A stretch of DNA of 64,000 nucleotides from Rubripirellula sp. (lineage in GTDB: Bacteria > Planctomycetota > Planctomycetia > Pirellulales > Pirellulaceae): contig OZ244207.1 in NCBI GenBank assembly GCA_965216875.1, positions 5,472,001 through 5,536,000 on the forward strand, in the 5' to 3' direction. The position numbers were made by a program, and so were the translations under genes. Below, in pieces: positions 59,721-64,000 of the stretch; position 1 is the stretch's first letter, and each line of letters begins with the position of its first letter. The notes beneath the pieces were generated by a model. That model was not told the origin of the DNA, made no database searches, and worked only from the letters and a program-made list of their open reading frames with translations.

Positions 59721-61037
59721 GTGAGTTTGAAGATGAAAATGCACAAAACGTGTGACGGTGTGAAACGTCGCGACATGCTCAAAGCAGGTGTCTTGACCGC
59801 CGGCGGTCTTACATTAAGCAACTACATGCAGATGGCCGCAGCGGGCCAGTTGCAATCGGGTCGCGCCGACCGCGCCATCTTTGTCGAGTTGCCGGGCGGT
59901 CCATCACACATGGACACGTTTGACCTCAAGCCTGACGCTTCTGACGAGTATCGCGGATCGTTCAATCCGATCTCGACCAAAGTGCCTGGCATTCAAATTT
60001 CGGAGCACCTGCCCAAACTCGCCTCGTGCACCGACAAGTTTGCGATCCTTCGCGGTGTCAGCCACACGTTGGCCGCTCACCGTTTAGGACGCGAATACGT
60101 CAACACTGGCAGCAAGCCGATTCCAGCACTCGAATACCCAAGTTACGGCTCAGTGTTGGCCAAAGAAGCACCAAGTTCTCCAGACATTCCAACCCAAGTC
60201 GCTGTGCCGCGAGCGAGCCAAGGGCCGGGCTTCCTAGGCATTCGCTACGCTCCGTTGGAAACGAATTCGACACCGTCGTTTGGCCAAGCATACTCCGTTC
60301 GCGGCATCTCCCTTGCGGGCGGTATCGGCGTTGATGAAGTCAAACGCCGCCAGGACTTGCTTCGCAGGCTCGACCGACGTTTTGCCAGCCTCGAAAAGAA
60401 CGATCAACTCCTTGATGGTTTGGATCAATTCGGCGAACAAGCCTACTCGATGATCACCTCGTCACGAGCACGCGAAGCCTTTGACATTTCGAAAGAGCCT
60501 GAGAGCTTTGCACGCCAATTCGGTGAGGACTCTTTCGGTCAAAGCTGCATGCTTGCCCTTCGTCTGGTCGAGTCGGGCGTCCGTCTCGTCACCGTGCAAC
60601 TCGGCGGTTGGGACACACATCGAGACAACTTCACCCGTTTGAAAGACAACAACCTGCCGAAACTCGACGCAGGTCTCAGCGGACTTCTCAACGGTCTCGA
60701 GCAGCGCGGCCTGCTGGAAACGACCGCAGTCTTTGTCACAGGTGAATTCGGTCGTACGCCGAAGATCAACACGCGCAGTGCCGAAGGCGGACGCGACCAC
60801 TACCCACGTTGCATGTTCATGTTGATGGCAGGCGGTGGTGTCCGCGGTGGTCAAGTGATCGGCGAAAGTGACGACACCGCATCGGGACCACGCCATGAAG
60901 GCATTTCGCCCGACGATGTCGCTGCCAGCTTCTACTACAACTTGGGAATCGATCCCAATATTGAGTACGACACGAGCACCGGTCGCCCCATCACGCTGGT
61001 GCGTGACGGCAACATCATCAAAGACTTGTTTGCGTAG
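59721..61037 (+). CDS. DUF1501 family protein
   Basis: Twin-Arg-like RRDML; GGPSHMDTFDLKP, LALRLVESGV, GWDTH, GEFGRTP, GRDHY. Confidence 0.93.
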   Translation: MSLKMKMHKTCDGVKRRDMLKAGVLTAGGLTLSNYMQMAAAGQLQSGRADRAIFVELPGGPSHMDTFDLKPDASDEYRGSFNPISTKVPGIQISEHLPKLASCTDKFAILRGVSHTLAAHRLGREYVNTGSKPIPALEYPSYGSVLAKEAPSSPDIPTQVAVPRASQGPGFLGIRYAPLETNSTPSFGQAYSVRGISLAGGIGVDEVKRRQDLLRRLDRRFASLEKNDQLLDGLDQFGEQAYSMITSSRAREAFDISKEPESFARQFGEDSFGQSCMLALRLVESGVRLVTVQLGGWDTHRDNFTRLKDNNLPKLDAGLSGLLNGLEQRGLLETTAVFVTGEFGRTPKINTRSAEGGRDHYPRCMFMLMAGGGVRGGQVIGESDDTASGPRHEGISPDDVAASFYYNLGIDPNIEYDTSTGRPITLVRDGNIIKDLFA

Positions 61038-61056
61038 ACCGCAATAGTCCTCACGA

Positions 61057-61216
61057 CTCGTTACCACGCGCTGCGTGGTAACGGACCCTGGGACGCCCCG
61101 CGGCCCCGGCGTTGAGCCGAACGCGCTAGCGTCGGGCCGTAGCTACCTTCGCCAGAAGGTGGTTTCCGCCGCTAGAACGCTTTGCAGGGTCACCACGCCC
61201 TGGCGAGCACAGCTAC
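61057..61216. repeat. Mosaic REP cluster
   Basis: CGTTACCACGCGCTGCGTGGTAACG; GAGCCGAACGCGCTAGCGTCGGGCC; inverted GTAGCTAC...GCCAG pair. Confidence 0.85.
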
Positions 61217-61219
61217 CAC

Positions 61220-61257
61220 AAAAAAACAGCCGTCAGAGTTTTACCTCTGACGGCTGT
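61220..61257 (-). terminator. Intrinsic terminator
   Basis: 13-bp stem ACAGCCGTCAGAG/CTCTGACGGCTGT followed by a T-run on the minus strand. Confidence 0.85.
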
Positions 61258-61519
61258 CTTGGTTGGTGCCTTTTTTGTTGTCACTCATGCTGCTCGCGCA
61301 GGAGAAGGGCCATGGTGAAGCCCTCCCTGCCTCACCATGGCCCCATCAATGCTGGAACGATGGCACCATTTCGTTCCACCCTCCCAATCCATGGTACTAG
61401 TTCTATCGGCAGGTTCGATTGCGAGGTTGAAGTCATTCTGGACCGAGAGCGCAAAAAAAATGCGAGCTCGCAAACCACGTTGCGAACTCGCAGAAAACTT
61501 CCCGTATTCGGCATTCAAC

Positions 61520-62353
61520 TTAGCGATCGCATGCGTCGCAGTTGTTGCAGTTCTTTTCAACGCCGAACAGGCCCTTGCCGCTGGGACGGTAGCCGGTATC
61601 GCCCATCAAGTGAGCGTGGTCGGCGCCACAGCATTGCCTGTATCCGTCCCAAACATGCGTGTAGCACTTGTTGCTGCGGAAGTACTGACGCAGTGTCGAT
61701 TGGGGCAGATTCACTTTATCGTGAGGCATGCAGATCATTCCTTGGTCACAGCCAGTGTTGCAGCCGCTGTTGCAACTCGCACAATCGGCGATCGTTCCAC
61801 CAGGATGGGTCATTGGTGCGATGATCGGTTGTGGAATTGGCTCGCCTGGAATGGCTTCAGCGATCGGCTCAGGAGCCGCTTCGCTGTCCGATGGCGATGG
61901 TGCTGCATCAGCCACGGCATCGGCTGCGGCAGCCTCTGGAACGGGCGTCGGAGCTTCCACTTCGACAGGCGTCAACGCGGCTTCAGCCTCGTCTTGCTGC
62001 TGTGCAACGAAGACGGCGTCAAAGTTCACCTCACCGGCCGCTTCTACCGGAGCCGCACCTTCTTCCAGCGAGACGGGGGCTTGGATCGGTTTGGCAAGGG
62101 CAACGATGGGGGCAGCCACGGTTGTGGCTGGAACACCAGCGGGAGCAGGCATGAAGAAGCCTTGTCCTACAGCTGGTTGCAGTGCGGGCGCGTTGGGAAC
62201 GGGTGCTTCGACCTTGACGGTGTCGACGTCGGGGAAGGTCAAATCTTCCAGCAAGGCGTCAAAGTCGCTGCCATAAGTGATGCCGGCGGCAGCGAGAACC
62301 AAACCACAAACGGTTCCGCGGATAGCGATTCTGCGCATTGGATCAACTTCCAT
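61520..62353 (-). CDS. Secreted protein with Ala/Pro/Glu linker and Cys-rich C-terminus (start may be 62338)
   Basis: Signal peptide MRRIAIR...; C-terminal CASCNSGCNTGC...CCG...CNNCDAC. Confidence 0.75.
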   Translation of the reverse strand: MEVDPMRRIAIRGTVCGLVLAAAGITYGSDFDALLEDLTFPDVDTVKVEAPVPNAPALQPAVGQGFFMPAPAGVPATTVAAPIVALAKPIQAPVSLEEGAAPVEAAGEVNFDAVFVAQQQDEAEAALTPVEVEAPTPVPEAAAADAVADAAPSPSDSEAAPEPIAEAIPGEPIPQPIIAPMTHPGGTIADCASCNSGCNTGCDQGMICMPHDKVNLPQSTLRQYFRSNKCYTHVWDGYRQCCGADHAHLMGDTGYRPSGKGLFGVEKNCNNCDACDR

Positions 62354-62868
62354 GTTTTGGAGGGTGACGATTCCTTCTCAACCCGAAGCATGCGGGACTC
62401 TTCGTTCAGTCACAGCCCTCATTGGCAGTGGCAGGACGAAGCGACCCGCAAAACATCCATGATTGAAAGGGGAGGTTTTTCGGAGGAGTTCATTCACATC
62501 AAGTCTTCATCTCCGTGCTGCTGGCGATTGAAACCTCCACCGACAGCAATGATGAAAACCTGAAGTCGATCGCTAGGACTGATTCCCGTTTAGTCTGGCC
62601 ATCAAGTGACGTCTTCGTCGGGTGACGTTCGTCAGTCGTGTGACATTTCGGGGTTTGGGAGAATCTGTCGAGCGATCTTGGTCAATGAACCACTGAAGCG
62701 TTACCGCGCAACGCAAGGTGTGCAAATGAATTTTCGCTTTTCCTTTGACCGCGGCAGAAACCTGCGCTACACATCCCAAACACCCGATGAGAGTTCGCCA
62801 ATTGACAAGGTTTACCTAGCGAAACCAAGCCTCATGACATGTCCGCAAACAACGCAATTGCGTTCGGG

Positions 62869-64000
62869 TTAAACCGGTTGGCCAACGACTGCAAGCAACG
62901 CCTCGCGCACTTGCTCTTGCCGATCGTGATCGAGCAGTTTCGAACCATCTTTTTCCGAAACGTAAAAAACGTCGGCGACTTGATCGAGGTGAGTGTCGAT
63001 CTTGGCAAAGTAAAGCACCAACTGTTGCTCGGCCAGCGCGCTTGCAATCCGGTACAGCAAACCGGCTTCGTCATAAGCAAAGAACGAAACGATTGTGTAA
63101 CGATCCACCGTCTTGTTATCAAACACAACGTTCTTGGGCAGAACGTTCACGCTGTCGGGTTCGCGTTGACTTTGCGGCTTCCAGGTTCGGCGATAAGGCG
63201 GCAGTGGCTCCTCGCGGTGATCAAGAAGATGACACACCATGTCACAAACCTCTTGGGTTCGCTCCGGTGGCGGTCCATCAGGGAAGTCAGGATCGATCAC
63301 CCAGAAGTCATCCCAGGCAAGTTCATCGCCGATCGTTTCGATTTGGGCACGCATGATGACGAGCCCGGCTGCATTGAGAGCACCGGTTGCTCGCGCAAAC
63401 GTTCCTACCGACTTTCCTTCTTCGCGATGGATAACCGTGTACCGATTCGTTTGCCAGCGTTCATCAAAGACGCTGACGCACACCGATTTAGCTCCCTTAG
63501 AAAGCTGGCCACTCACGTGAGTGATTTCATCGGCAAGATGCTCCGCCTTTCCGCGTGTGAGCAAGGAAAGCGGAAACCGCTCGAGCAGGTCGAAACAGGC
63601 TTGTGGTGCCGATGCACTCGTCAATCGCTGCCGGATCCGTTCGCGGTTGGATTCAATTTCGGGGTCATCGGGGCTGCCCGGCAGGTTGCCTGAATCAAAG
63701 TAGCGACGCGTTCGTTTGTAGAGGTCCTCGATGAGCCTCATTTTCCAATCGGTCGCGACGCCCGGACCGACCGCCGTCAGGTCGCAGACTGTGTGGACAA
63801 CCAACAGTTCCAAGCGCCGAATCGAACCGACTTCGCGTGCAAACGTCAACACGATCTCGGGATCGCTCAGATTATGACGAAAAGCGACGACGTTCACGGC
63901 CAAGTGCTTCAGGACCAACCACTCGAGCGTTTCACCGGAGGCTTTGTCGAGGTTCAATCGTTCGGCCACCTTCTTGGCGATCCGAGCACCAACGATACAG
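62869..64000 (-). CDS. glnD: PII uridylyltransferase GlnD, C-terminal part (runs off window end)
   Basis: End of HD domain (LVLKHL, TVCDLTAVGPG...WK) plus two ACT domains (DEAGLLYRIA, AKIDT....DVFYV). Confidence 0.9.
   Translation of the reverse strand, partial: CIVGARIAKKVAERLNLDKASGETLEWLVLKHLAVNVVAFRHNLSDPEIVLTFAREVGSIRRLELLVVHTVCDLTAVGPGVATDWKMRLIEDLYKRTRRYFDSGNLPGSPDDPEIESNRERIRQRLTSASAPQACFDLLERFPLSLLTRGKAEHLADEITHVSGQLSKGAKSVCVSVFDERWQTNRYTVIHREEGKSVGTFARATGALNAAGLVIMRAQIETIGDELAWDDFWVIDPDFPDGPPPERTQEVCDMVCHLLDHREEPLPPYRRTWKPQSQREPDSVNVLPKNVVFDNKTVDRYTIVSFFAYDEAGLLYRIASALAEQQLVLYFAKIDTHLDQVADVFYVSEKDGSKLLDHDRQEQVREALLAVVGQPV

Noticed and set aside
62390..62450. Cobalamin riboswitch suggested by GCCACTG on the minus strand
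   Set aside because: The other B12-box elements are not evident and the downstream gene has no B12 link
1..64000. tRNA, rRNA, IS elements, integrase or prophage genes
   Set aside because: None recognised by eye in the intergenic regions or the ORF track; tRNAscan-SE and Infernal would be needed to exclude them formally

Overview
Gene-dense, GC-rich bacterial chromosome, most likely a Planctomycete of the Pirellulaceae. This rests on the DUF1549/DUF1553 and DUF1501 module, the ECF sigma cassette and the intergenic repeat families, and is inference only. Housekeeping genes: partial truA, asd, leuA, purD, rpmE-prfA-prmC, rlmKL, partial glnD, and a fliP-fliQ-fliR-flhB block. Respiratory assembly: a cytochrome oxidase maturation-type operon (two cupredoxin-like genes, diheme cytochrome c, ctaA, ctaB, ABC-2 transporter, SCO, DUF420) and a fused CcsBA cytochrome c synthase. 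Also present are uronate/pectin genes and many REP-like intergenic repeat clusters. I found no rRNA, tRNA, CRISPR array, transposase or phage genes. Most interesting: (1) an unannotated Leu-rich leader peptide with antiterminator and terminator upstream of leuA; (2) a coupled three-gene MotA/ExbB-type ion-motor operon with a long helical tail and two different coiled-coil B subunits; (3) an HTH-acidic linker-TM protein; (4) UxaC with a ~270-aa acidic tail; (5) tandem amicyanin-like copper proteins heading an oxidase-assembly operon that lacks oxidase subunits; (6) a duplicated-domain lipoprotein beside ccsBA. All calls come from reading motifs by eye; no searches were run.
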